Under the pieces are notes generated by a model. The model was not told where the DNA came from. It saw nothing but the letters and a program-made list of their open reading frames with translations, and did not search any database. Shown one piece after another: positions 1 to 49,828 of a stretch of DNA of 64,000 nt; the first letter of the stretch is position 1; each line of letters starts with the position of its first letter. The stretch is from the human T2T-CHM13v2.0 reference genome, Homo sapiens, in NCBI RefSeq assembly GCF_009914755.1, contig NC_060939.1; one strand, given 5' to 3'. The position numbers and the translations under genes are program-made.

Positions 1-155
<155 letters not shown>

Positions 156-634
156 TTATTCCTATTTATTCTTGCTTGGCCAGTGCCTCTGAAGTCATCC
201 TGAAGTAAACTAACAGTAGCAAATGACTACTGGGACTTTACAATGGACCAAACACTGTGTTAAATATCTTACATGACCTACCTCATTTAATCTTCACAGT
301 AACTACCTATGAGGCTGGTGCCATTGTAATTCTCATTTAAAGAAGGGAAAACTGACACAGGGACGTTAAATGACTTGCCCAAGAGGACAAGTAGGTGACA
401 GGACTGGAACCTGAATCCAGGTTTTCTGAGTCCTTTGGCTCTAGTCAGGATAGGCATGGCACTGTGGAAGGAAAGGAGGGCAAAGGGAGGTGCTAGGAGA
501 ACGTCCACGAGGCAGGGACTATGCATCATTCATCCCTATATCCCCCATTCCATATCACATGGTGCCTGGCACATAGTAAGCACTCAAAAAAATGTTGGTC
601 GAATTCAGCGCACTGCTCAACACAAGTTACTCAC

Positions 635-10081
<9,447 letters not shown>

Positions 10082-10300
10082 GTTTCCAAGTGAACACTGG
10101 TACCGGAGGTGAGTTCTGGTTATTCTCACCTGTGTGGGATAGCCAGGTGAGGGCAGGGCACTGCAGGCAACCTGAGGCTCCACTGACACTGTAGTGTGGT
10201 CTTTCAGGAAACAATATGTGTAACCTGACAGCAGGTTTGTTACCTGAGCCGCTGAATATCTGATCCTTTAGCTCTGGAGAAGGGTATGCTTCTGTGAGAG
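10082..10300 (-). promoter_or_regulatory. STRC: STRC 5'UTR / proximal promoter (non-CpG-island)
   Basis: Immediately upstream of the STRC ATG; clustered GWAACCTGA-like motifs; TSS not determinable from sequence. Confidence 0.5.
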
Positions 10301-10949
10301 GGACTAATGATAGGGGATCCCAGGGGCCCCTCAGAGAAACCCAAGGAGATTGCTTGAGTTAGGAGCCAGTGATGCAGAAAGGAACAGGCAGACATGGAGA
10401 TGGAGAACTGGAGACCAGGGGTGTAATCTGGGGTTCTGCAGAAGCAAAGAAAACAAAGAGGATATGAAGGAGCTAAGAAGCAAGTAGGATTTGAGGAAAT
10501 TGAAGAAGAAATGACGCCCAGGAGAAACAAACTGCACAGCAAGGTATAAACAGACGAGAGGTCCAGTCCAAGGATGGAGAATTCAGGAAGAGGAGAGCTG
10601 CTTTCAACTACTACCCAGAACCACAGAGTGTCAAGAGCTGAGCAGTACCCCAGAGATCACATACACCAAACTTTTTCACTTATGGATAAGGAAACAGACC
10701 CAGAGAAATGTGATTTGCTCATTAGGCCATTCAAATGTTTGGGTCTTTCCTTCCCCCTCCGGGATCCCCTATCATTTGGTTCTTTCTCTGTGGCCTAGGT
10801 GAAAGCCCTATCAAAAACTCTGAGCTGAGAAGACAGAAACCAGATTAAATCACTATGCACAGGGACTGATCTCCCTACACACAGAACTGCTCATGGAACA
10901 GAGAAAGAGATTTCATTCAAAATAATCTGGTCTGGTCAGGGTTAGAAGT

Positions 10950-11930
10950 CTTTTTTCGTCATTTTTGTTTTTTGTTTTATTGGTTTTTTGGTTTTGGTTT
11001 TTTTGAGATGGAATCTCTCTCTGTTGCCCAGGCTGGAGTTCAGTGGGGCTATCTGACCACTGCAACCCCTGCCTCCTGGGTTCAAGCGATTTTCCTGCCT
11101 CAGCCTCCCAAGTAGCTGGGATTACAGGCACGTGCCACCACACCCAGCTAATTTTTGTATTTTTAGTAGAGATGGGGTTTCACCATGTTGGCCAGGCAGG
11201 TCTTGAACTCCTGACCTCAAGTGATCTGCCCACCTCAGCCTCCCAAAGTGCTGGGGTTACAGGTGTGAGCCACCGCGGCATTTTTTTTTTTTTTTTGAGA
11301 TGGAGTCTCACTCTGTTACCCAGGCTGGAGTGCAGTGGCACTATCTTGGCTCACTGCAATTTCTGCCTCCTTCATTCAAGCGATTATCCTGTCTCAGCCT
11401 CCCAAGTAGCTGAGGACTACAGGCATGCGCCACCGCGCACGGCTAATTTTTGTATTTTTTGGTGGAGACGGGGTTTCACTATGTTGCCCAAGCTGGTCTT
11501 GAACTCCTGACCTCAAGTGATTTATCCACCTCAGTCTCCCAAAGTGCTGAGATTACAGGCTTGAGCTACTGCCCCAGTCCAGGATTAGAAGTCTTTTCCA
11601 TTCTCCATCTATATCTCCCCAAAGGCCTTCACTTTATACCAACTCTAAATAGTAATTCAACACTGAAGCTATACCCAAACTTTTATTCTGTCCTTCTTTC
11701 CCTAGAACCCTTCCCCATTCTCTCCCTCAAATCCACACATGGAACTTCATTATTAATGTGCTTCTGATCTAGAAGATTCACTTAGGATCATAGAGTTTTA
11801 TTTTTGTGTATTTATTTACTTAGAGACAGGGTCTTGGTCCATGGCCCAGGCTGGAATACTGTGGTATGATCCTAGCTCACTGCACCCTCAAACTCCTGGA
11901 CTCAAGCAATCCTCCTGCTTCGGCCTCCCA
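10950..11930 (-). mobile_element. Two tandem Alus plus an Alu fragment
   Basis: Alu consensus, poly(T) heads. Confidence 0.9.
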
Positions 11931-13204
11931 GGATCACAGAAGAGACCTGAGGAATCCTCTGGTAAGAACTTCTCATTTTATAGACAGGGGAATTGAAGCC
12001 CAGAGAAATGGAATGACTTAACCCAGGTCACAAAGACAGCTGGGAGCAATGATGGGATTTTCCAAGGCAAATCAAAAGTTGAGATCAGTGAAATGATCTG
12101 TTGTGTAATTTTACCAATATTCCCTTTGCCCATCAAGGATACCACACCTAGTCTAAAAAGCAGACAGTTGAATCTGAGGGAGAATACGACCTGAGTTCCC
12201 AACAGCTTTGTGGTTCCAGCCCATCCTGTAATCCTTCTGAATTTCTGCCCTTCATTCTGTAACAACCCTCTTATAATAAATTATCCTTCTTTCCTCATAG
12301 GGTAGCAAAAAATGAGATGGTCTAGGTTCAAACCCTGGTTCCAACATTTACTAGCTGTGTGTCCTGGGGCAGTTTCTAAATCTCTGTTTTTGGTTTTTTG
12401 GGTTTTTGTTGTTGTGGTTGTTGTTGCTGTTGTTGTTTTTACTGTAAAAAGGAAAAAACCCTAGTGTAGAGTTTTTGTGAGGATTAAATTAGATAATGCA
12501 TTTAAAGTACTTAGTGCAATGTCTAGCATTCATTCAACAAAGATTAAGCACTTATTATGGGCCAGACACTGGTACAGAATAAACATTCACTCTATGTTAC
12601 TATTACTATTATTAGAATAGCTCAAGATGAATTTTTCTACTTGAAACTAAAGGAGTTCTAATGAATACATAAATGATTATCTGGAAGTTGTATCTTGAGT
12701 GAAAGACCTTCAGAACAAATATGGAACTAGTTGAGTCAACCAGAGAGAGAAACAATGAGGATTCCCTTAACTCAGGATGGAAATTTTCCTGGCAGTCCAC
12801 GTTCTGCTGTTGTAAGCCATTGATTAAGCAATTCTCTTGCCGCTAAGGATTCAGACTATGTGCAAACTGACGGCAAAGTGCTTAGGGTTTATGGCACATA
12901 TACCAGGCTATTTGAGTGTATTGGTAATTGCTTATAATTTGATAAAGTTCAACAAGAGCAAGACAAGTTCCAACCTACAGGTGACCAAATGGAAACAGAG
13001 AACAACCAGCAAATTTAAATTACAAAGGTCCAGAACAAGAAATTAATCATATGTCCTGCTAAAATGAAATGGATAAGACTGGTGATAACTGGAACACTCT
13101 GTGATCTGCCAGTTAGAATGGGTATACCTGGGAAGAGCCACAGGAGTTGAGAACTCTGAAACATCCTCACTCCCCAAAACTCCCACAGGACACTCTCTGC
13201 CTGA

Positions 13205-13519
<315 letters not shown>

Positions 13520-13819
13520 AGATGCCTCCCTTTGTAAAGTACAATTATTTTTCTCTTTTTTTGGTTTGGCTTTGGTAACTGAAATATTTATTGCTTACTA
13601 GATATCTAGGTGTTTCTCACATTTCCCAGATCTCTTGCAGTTAGCTGGGATCAGGTGATTAGTTCTGTTCAATGGACTGTGGTTGACCAAAGAATTTAAG
13701 AGCTAGCAAATGAGCCTCCAACAATCTCTTCCCTGTTGAGGCAACCTAGAAACCACATGTTGAGATGGCAGTGTCACAAGGTCAAAATAGCCCGAGGCTC
13801 CAAATTACCACAGCATTTA

Positions 13820-15083
<1,264 letters not shown>

Positions 15084-15484
15084 TAGCTGCCTTGAACAGT
15101 TACCCAACCAGTATTGAAACCTTCATGAGTGAGTAATATGTCTTTCTTATACTAAACCACTGAGATTTAGGGGTTAATTTATTCTTGCAGCAGAGCCTTT
15201 GACTCTTCTGATTAAGACAGTTAAATTATGTTTGCACTTTGATATCAGATCTCTGAATTCTAGGTCTTCATTCCATATTTATTAGTCTGGTGACCCCAAG
15301 AAGTTTCTATAATTCACTTATCTGTAAAATGGAGATACTATTACTCACCCACCCAATTTTGCTCATTCACTTGTATTATAAAGTGTCTTGATGTGGCAGG
15401 TACTGGAACAGATCCACTAAATCTTACCACCACTATGATTAGACTAGCTCAAGATGAATTCTTCTTCTGCAACCCAATCTTTTT

Positions 15485-16084
<600 letters not shown>

Positions 16085-16287
16085 AACTTAAAGAATCTTA
16101 ATACAAAAATTGGTACAAGAAATAGCATCTTAAGTGAAAGACCTTCAAACAAAATACAGAAAAAGTTAAGCAGCAAGGAGATCTTTGAGGACTCCCCCAG
16201 CCCATAGAAACTGTTTAGCAGTTCTTGAGATTAGAATAGGAAGAACAGGTTTGAAGAAGTGGTAATAAGTTCAGTTTTGGACGTATT

Positions 16288-19705
<3,418 letters not shown>

Positions 19706-21945
19706 CAATTCAGTGTTTTTAAATATATTATATTGTTGAACTATTCAAGACTATCCAATTCCAGAACATTTCCATCACCTGCCAAATAAACCCTATACCT
19801 ATCATCTGTCAGTCTCAATTCCTCCCTCCCCAACCCCCAAGAAACCACTAATCTACTTTCTGTCTTCATAGATTTGTTTATTCTGGACATTCAATTCATT
19901 TGCCTTTTCCCCATCTTGGCCTTTTTGCCAGACATACTCTTAGGTGAGGACTTTATAATTACCACCCTATTGCCCCCTTCCATCTCTTCCCCACTTGGGT
20001 AGCAGCCCTTACTTAAGGTTGGGTGTTACTGACCTTACCTCCAGTTCAGGAGAAAGCCTTAATTAGTGATTTCATCACAACCACCACCTTACCTCAACAA
20101 TTTGTTCAGACGTAAGCATATGACCTAACTTCTTGGTCCAATCAGAGTGGTGGTCAGGATATCTTTAGAGGAGTGGAGGTTGACTTACCTGCAGTTAATG
20201 CCCAAATTTTAAGTGTACATTTTGTTGAATTTTTACATCTGTATATACCGGTGTAACCACCATGCAGATCAAGATATGGAACATATCTATAGCACTCCAG
20301 ATGCTTCATGCTTCCTCCCCATCAGTATCTTCACTCCAAGAATAACCATTATTGTGACCCAAAGCTCAAAAATTTTGTTCATTGACTGAGAAAGGAGTCA
20401 CCGGCTCTCTTCCCCTGCATATGGGGAAATAGGTATGCAAGCCTAGGCGCTTCAGAAAATTGTCTGGCTACCCAAGTGAAGCCAGTCTGAGAATAACAAG
20501 AACACGTGGAGGAGAGCGCAGACAGGAAAATTCCAGAGAAACAAAACCACAGATCTAACAACAGTGAATTTTTACATTAAATCAATCCTGAAGCTATACT
20601 ACCTTTGAATTTTCCAGTCTCCAGTAAGCTATTTTATTGTTTAAATGGCTTCAACTGATTTTTTTCTCAACTCAGAATTTTTAACCTGAGTTAGAACCTT
20701 AGCTCTACCTCTTACTTGGTATGTGCTCTTGGGCAAGCTACTTAACTTACTTAATTTCTTTAGGCCTTAGTTTTCTGATCTCTAAAAATGTGACGCTATC
20801 TTCCATATATGATTATTTTATGAAATATGCATACTCTATATACAGTATATATATACTAAATATATAAATAACCTCATACATGTTAAACACTCAATAAGTG
20901 ATATAATTTTTAATAATAAACATGTCTAAAGACTTAAGTCTTCTAACGATGGAATGGGATCCCTTCTAGATAATAAATCCCAAATAACTAGAAACATTAA
21001 GCATTACCTGGATAATCCTCCTTTCAGTGATGTTCTAAAAGGTGTTCCTGCTTTGATGGGAGATAGATTAACTCTGAAATCCCTTCTAACACTAAAAACC
21101 TGTACAACACTTACTGATTTGAACACTGCCCTGAGCTATGGCAAAATGAAATAAAGAGACTTCCGGTCCAGAAACAGGTAAAAATAATATCCAATTAAAG
21201 TTAATGGTTCACAAGAGAAGCAACATGAGTGGAACACGCAATGGAAACAATACTTCTCAATTAGTTACACTAACAGCTCTGAAGATCTCCTTACTCCACA
21301 GAGGGGCCTTTACCTATGCATCAGGGAGGGAGAGGGTAAAATTAGGACTCTAATCAGGCAGTAGAGGTTGCAGGAAGGGTGGAAGCTATAATGATAAAGT
21401 CAAGAAATGAGTCAGATTCAGGAGCTGTGGAAAGGGTAGAAAGCTAAGGAGCACAGACTCCACTGGCATCTGAGCTAACTTGTTTTGTTCTTTTTTAGAG
21501 ATAGGGTCTCGCTATGTTGCCCAGGCTGGAATGCAGTGATATGATCCTAGCTTGCTGTAGCCTCGAACTCCCTGCCTCAAACAATCCTGCCTCAGCCCAT
21601 AGCTGGGACTAGAGGCACACATCACCACACTCAGCTTGAACTAACTCTTTTACTTGACCTTATGCCTTTCAATATCCCTTATCTCAGGGTCACACTACTG
21701 AGCAGCTATCAGGAGTATTTATAAGACACTTATACAGAGTCTCACTCTGTTGCCCAGGCTGGAGTGCAGTGGTGCAATCTTGGCTCACTGCAACCTCTGA
21801 CTCCCAGGTTCAAGTGATTCTCCTGCCTCAGGCTCCCAAGTAGCTATGATTACAAGCATCTGCCACCACACCCAGCTAATTTTTTTGTATTTTTAGTAGA
21901 GACAGGGTTTCACCACGCCTGGCCTAGACACTTATACTTTTTAAT

Positions 21946-21951
21946 TTTAAT
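21946..21951 (-). terminator. CATSPER2: Likely CATSPER2 polyadenylation signal ATTAAA
   Basis: ATTAAA about 110 nt after the stop codon. Confidence 0.55.
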
Positions 21952-22058
21952 GAACAGACATTGTTCTATCTGAATGTTTATATTTTCAATTCTCTATTTC
22001 CAACAATTCCCTTCATTATCTTTTGCTGGGCCCAAGGATATTGAAGCCATCCATTGCT

Positions 22059-39420
<17,362 letters not shown>

Positions 39421-40151
39421 GTCTGCTAAGAAAATGTAAGCATCAAGTGTCATTTCATTCTTGGAGCTGCACCAAGGATTACAGGTTTTCTGTCCCCTCC
39501 TCCCCACCCTCTTTACCCTTAAGATTCCTTAATGTACCCACATCTACGAACTAGGAGCAGTTGGGAAGAACAAACATTCTACTAGGACTCAGGGTGTTTT
39601 GAAACAAAAGGGGCTAAGTGGTAAAGACATTGCACAGTCGACCAAGCGGCCAGGCATCTTCACTTTGTGATGGCATTTCTAATTAAAACTCATTAAAAAC
39701 AAAACAAAACAAACAAAAACACCGCAAGAAAAAGGAGCAGCCACAAGGGCAGGGGCCCGGGGCTGGACAAAGAATCTGGGTCCCACCTGTGCCTGAGACA
39801 ATCGGGCAATGAGGTGGAGTTGGGGGAGGTCTTGGCCTGCTCACGCAAGAGAAACCAAGTGCAGAGAAATTGGACAAAATGCCAAAGCCTGACATTTTGA
39901 AAATGGGTCCCGTCCCAAGTGTGTCCACTCCAACACTCCTTCGGGGGCTAGCTCCTTCTCTCCTCCATTCTCGCTTCTGGGCCTCACCTCAGCCCAGGTT
40001 CTCTTTGCCCACTCAGTCCTTATTTCACGCTTCCGCCTCCAGCTCAGGTGCCCCGAGCCTGGCTACCCCTATGCAAGACGAGCTCAGGGCCGGCTCCCAG
40101 CCTCACTGCGCCCCATTCCCCGCCCCGCTCGACCCCCAGGTTTCGGCTCAC

Positions 40152-40245
40152 CCCGGGACCCGGCCCTAGCCCCTACCCACAGCCCAGGACCATGCGGAGC
40201 AACGCTCGCCCAGCCACTCGCCGCCTAGGCCCCGCCCCGCCCCGC
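40152..40245 (-). other. CATSPER2: Probable CATSPER2 non-coding exon 1 (5' end approximate)
   Basis: Donor GGG|GTGAGC at 40152/40151 inside the CpG island, next to GC boxes. Confidence 0.5.
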
Positions 40246-40304
40246 TCTCCGGCCACTCAGCGGTAACCAGCTGGTCCCGCCCGCCCGACGAAGGCGACGC
40301 GCAG

Positions 40305-40323
40305 CCAATCAGCGGCTGCCACA
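40305..40323 (+). promoter_or_regulatory. ERSE-type ER stress element CCAAT-N9-CCACA
   Basis: CCAAT cagcggctg CCACA; exact 9-nt GC-rich spacer. Confidence 0.75.
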
Positions 40324-40481
40324 CAGCGGCCCGAGCCGGGTTTGGGGGTTGGGACCTCCGGCTGCAGGTCCCCTGGGCCAGACGCGCCAGCGCAGGCAGC
40401 CGGTTTGTGGTCGCGCGCCCGACCTCCGCAGTCCCAGCCGAGCCGCGACCCTTCCGGCCGTCCCCACCCCACCTCGCCGCC

Positions 40482-40640
40482 ATGCGCCTCCGCCGCCTAG
40501 CGCTGTTCCCGGGTGTGGCGCTGCTTCTTGCCGCGGCCCGCCTCGCCGCTGCCTCCGAACTCACGGACGACAACTTCGAGAGTCGCATCTCCTACACGGG
40601 ATCTGCGGGCCTCATGCTCGTCGGGTTTTTCGCCCCCTGA
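40482..40640 (+). pseudogene. PDIA3P2: PDIA3 (ERp57) exon-1 duplicate, unprocessed truncated pseudogene
   Basis: [52 protein letters not shown]; lacks DVL relative to PDIA3; the donor position reads TG|ATGA, giving a stop before WCGHC; no further PDIA3 exons seen. Symbol from memory. Confidence 0.88.
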
Positions 40641-41458
40641 TGACGCCACTCTGCCAAGGCGGGGGAAGAAGGGCCGGGCTGGGCCGGGGCCGGGGGCGAG
40701 GGCGCGGGGAACTGTTGGGCCTACGCAGCGCCGGCGCCCTTCATTCCTGTGGGCCCCTGCTGTGGCGGGCACATTTCTCATTCCCGGGAGCTGGAGGTGC
40801 CTCGCCGAGAGCGGTGGAGTCGGTGCTGATCGGCCCAAGGAAAACCCGAAGGCTGCGCTCACGCAGGGCCTCATCCTTATCTCGGTGCTCTTGTGGCACT
40901 TCCTATTTGCAGAGGGTTTTGCCACCCCTTCCCCCAGTTCAATATGTAGCTATATTGTTTCTGCATGAGTCAGTATTAATGTTACTCCAGTCTACAGACT
41001 AGACATCCCAAAGCCTTGTAGTGGAAGCGGACGTTTCACCAAATGCAGAAGTCCTGGATCCCTAGGGTATTTCCTTTCATCTTACCTCACGCCGCACAGC
41101 CATTGGTTTCTAGCCAAGGTCACTGAGTGGCTGCAGAATGGTCCTAAGTGCTTTCTTGAGGCAGGCAATTTGTCCGTCACATGGTGTACAGTTTCTCCCT
41201 TCAGCTGATCACTTACATCTCAGTACCGGCAGATACCTCTGTCCAAACGAAAAGAGTACCTGAACAAGAATAATTCCATCATAATCTGTCCATATTGTCC
41301 ATTTTAATTAGGATTTCTTTAAAATGTCAATACTCCGAATAGGAACAGCTCCAGTCGACAGCTCCCAGCATGAGTGACGCAGAAGACGGGTGATTTCTGC
41401 ATTTCCATCTGAGGTACCCGGTTCATCTCAATAGGGAGTGCCAGACAGTGGGCGCAGG

Positions 41459-41767
41459 TCAGTGGGTGCGCGCACTGTGCACGAGCCGAAGCAGGGCGAG
41501 GCATTGCCTCACTCGGGAAGCGCAAGGGGTCAGGGAGTTCCCTTTCCTAGTCAAAGAAAGTGGTGACAGACAGCACCTGGAAAATCGGGTCACTCCCACC
41601 CGAAAACTTCGCTTTTCCGACGGGCTTAAAAAACAGCGCACCAGGAGATTATATCCCGCACCTGGCTCGGAGGGTCCTACACCCACGGAGTCTCGCTGAT
41701 TGCTAGCACAGCAGTCTGAGATCAAACTGCAAGGCGGCAGCGAGGCTGGGGGAGGGGTGCCTGCCAT
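41459..41767 (-). CDS. L1 ORF0 (antisense 5'UTR ORF), open for 102 codons
   Basis: MAGTPPPASLPPCSLISDCCASNQRDSVGVGPSEPG matches primate L1 ORF0; donors at 41662 and 41577 intact. Confidence 0.6.
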   Translation of the reverse strand: MAGTPPPASLPPCSLISDCCASNQRDSVGVGPSEPGAGYNLLVRCFLSPSEKRSFRVGVTRFSRCCLSPLSLTRKGNSLTPCASRVRQCLALLRLVHSARTH

Positions 41768-42222
41768 TGCCCAGGCTTGCTTAGGTAAACAAAGCAGCCG
41801 GGAAGCTCGAACTGGGTGGAGCCCACCACAGCTCAAGGAGGCCTGCCTGCCTCTGTAGGCTCCACCTCTGGGGGCAGGGCACAGACAAACAAAAAGACAG
41901 CAGTAACCTCTGCAGACTTAAATGTCCCTGTCTGACAGCTTTGAAGAGAGCAGTGGTTCTCCTAGCACGCAGCTGGAGATCTGAGAACGGCCAGACTGCC
42001 TCCTCAAGTGGGTCCCTGACCCCTGACCCCCAAGCAGCCTAACTGGGAGGCAACCCCCAGCAGGGGCAGACTGACACCTCACACGGCCAGGTACTCCAAC
42101 AGACCTGCAGCTGAGGGTCCTGTCTGTTAGAAGGAAAACTAACAAACAGAAAGGACGTCCACACCAAAAACCCATCTGTACATCACCATCATCGAAAACC
42201 AAAAGTAGATAGAACCACAAAG

Positions 42223-43238
42223 ATGGGGAAAAAACAGAGCAGAAAAACTGCAAACTCTAAAAAGCAGAGCACCTCTCCTCCTCCAAAGGAACACAGTTCC
42301 TCACCAGCAACGGAACAAAGCTGGACGGAGAATGACTTTGACGAGCTGAGAGAAGAAGGCTTCAGACGATCAAATTACTCTGAGCTACGGGAGGACATTC
42401 AAACCAAAGGCAAAGAAGTTGAAAACTTTGAAAAAAATTTAGAAGAATGTATAACTACAATAACCAATACAGAGAAGTGCTTAAAGGAGCTGATGGAGCT
42501 GAAAGCCAAGGCTCAAGAACTACGTGAAGAATGCAGAAGCCTCAGGAGCCGATGCAATCAACTGGAAGAAAGGGTATCAGCGATGGAAGATGAAATGAAT
42601 GAAATGAAGCGAGAAGGGAAGTTTAGAGAAAAAAGAATAAAAAGAAATGAGCAAAGCCTCCAAGAAATATGGGACTATGTGAAAAGACCAAATCTACGTC
42701 TGACTGGTGTACCTGAAAGTGATGGGGAGAATGGAACCAAGTTGGAAAACACTCTACAGGATATTATCCAGGAGAACTTCCCCAATCTAGCAAGGCAGGC
42801 CAACATTCAGATTCAGGAAATACAGAGAATGCCACAAAGATACTCCTCGAGAAGAGCAACACCAAGACACATAATTGTCAGATTCACCAAAGTTGAAATG
42901 AAGGAAAAAATGTTAAGGGCAGCCAGAGAGAAAGGTGGGTTACCCTGAAAGGGAAGCCCATCAGGCTAACAGCAGATCTCTCGGCATAAACTCTACAAGC
43001 CAGAAGAGAGTGGGGGCCAATATTCAACATTCTTAAAGAAAAGAATTTTCAACCCAGAATTTCATATCCAGCCAAATTAAGCTTCATAAGTGAAGGAGAA
43101 ATAAAATACTTTACAGACAAGCAAATGCTGAGAGATTTTGTCACCACCAGGCCTGCCCTAAAAGAGCTCCTGAAGGAAGCACTAAACATGGACAGGAACA
43201 AACGGTACCAGCCGCTGCAAAATCATGCCAAAATGTAA
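42223..43238 (+). pseudogene. L1 ORF1 (frameshift near 42936, premature stops)
   Basis: MGKKQSRK...; frame breaks after AAREKG; native end CATGCCAAAATGTAA. Confidence 0.92.
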
Positions 43239-43301
43239 AGACCATCGAGACTAGGAAGAAACTGCATCAACTAATGAGCAAAATAACCAGCTAACATCAT
43301 A

Positions 43302-47145
<3,844 letters not shown>

Positions 47146-48237
47146 ACAATGAGAACACATGGACACAGGAAGGGGAACATCACACTCTGGGGACTGTTGT
47201 GGGGTGGGGGGAGGGGGGAGGGATAGCATTGGGAGATATACCTAATGCTAGATGATGAGTTAGTGGGTGCAGCGCACCAGCATGGCACATGTATACATAT
47301 GTAACTAACCTGCACATTGTGCACATGTACCCTAAAACTTAAAGTATTAAAAAAAAAAAAAAGAACAGCTTTTGGATTTACCCTGAGGTACTGTTAGTTA
47401 ATTAAAGATCATGTGATAGATTGCAAATAAATAAATAAATAAATAAAATAAAATGTCAATACTCCAGTGAGAAAGTAACCAATATTGAGTAAATACTCCA
47501 CTTTAGGGTGACTTAAATGAACAAGGGTGTAAATTCCTTAGATAGAACTAACTCAAAATAATCTGTTGGGGAGAAGGAAGAGCAAATAAGATTTCTGGCC
47601 CAGTCAATTTGAGTGGTTTTCTTTGTTTTGTTTTTGTTTTTTGTTTTTTAAACCTCCAGATCACTATCATAGTAAACAGTGATTCCTTTATCCTTGGGAT
47701 AGCTCAATATATATAATTACAGTACTTAATTTTTCCCCTCCTGGCACAGTGACCCTTGGTTTAATACTATCCGTGTTCAAAAATGTCAGTAAAAGTTGTA
47801 TATAACTTTTATTTGCTTCAGACTCAGGTCTTCGCTTCTTAGCCTCAAACAACTTGCTAAGGGTTACACGAAAAAAGTCCTGTAGTAAAGACCACCTGAA
47901 TCAGAATGATGTGCTAGAGATGGCAAATTTTGTTTTCAGCTTGGACAGATTTTGTGTCCAGGGCATTTCTGGGGCTAACTGGCAGTACAGATTACACATA
48001 TAGATAGTTCTTATACATCTCTGGAACTCATGTTCTCTCTTAGGAACAACTCTTCCCAATTATATGATAATGCTGTTAGCTTTGAGGGGGTGTCACTAAA
48101 TTTGTAAAAACTGGGGGTGTCTGAGTTTGTCAGATCTGAGTAATGCTTTTTACTACAGGGGTCATGCAACAATTTAATGTGGGAATTGTTGGAGAATAGT
48201 GCGCCACTAGAATATTGGTTTAAAAAAGGAATTTTGG

Positions 48238-49828
<1,591 letters not shown>

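Larger units (their letters stand above)
40020..40900. promoter_or_regulatory. CpG island / bidirectional promoter shared by CATSPER2 (-) and the PDIA3 exon-1 copy (+)
   Basis: High CpG density, tandem GC boxes near 40228-40245, CCAAT at 40305. Confidence 0.88.

Noticed and set aside
10846-10858. GFI1-like TAAATCACTATGC upstream of STRC
   Set aside because: Single imperfect match, expected by chance.
40166-41002. 140-217 aa ORFs across the CpG island
   Set aside because: Stop-poor GC-rich sequence with low-complexity Arg/Pro/Gly translations; only the PDIA3 frame has homology.
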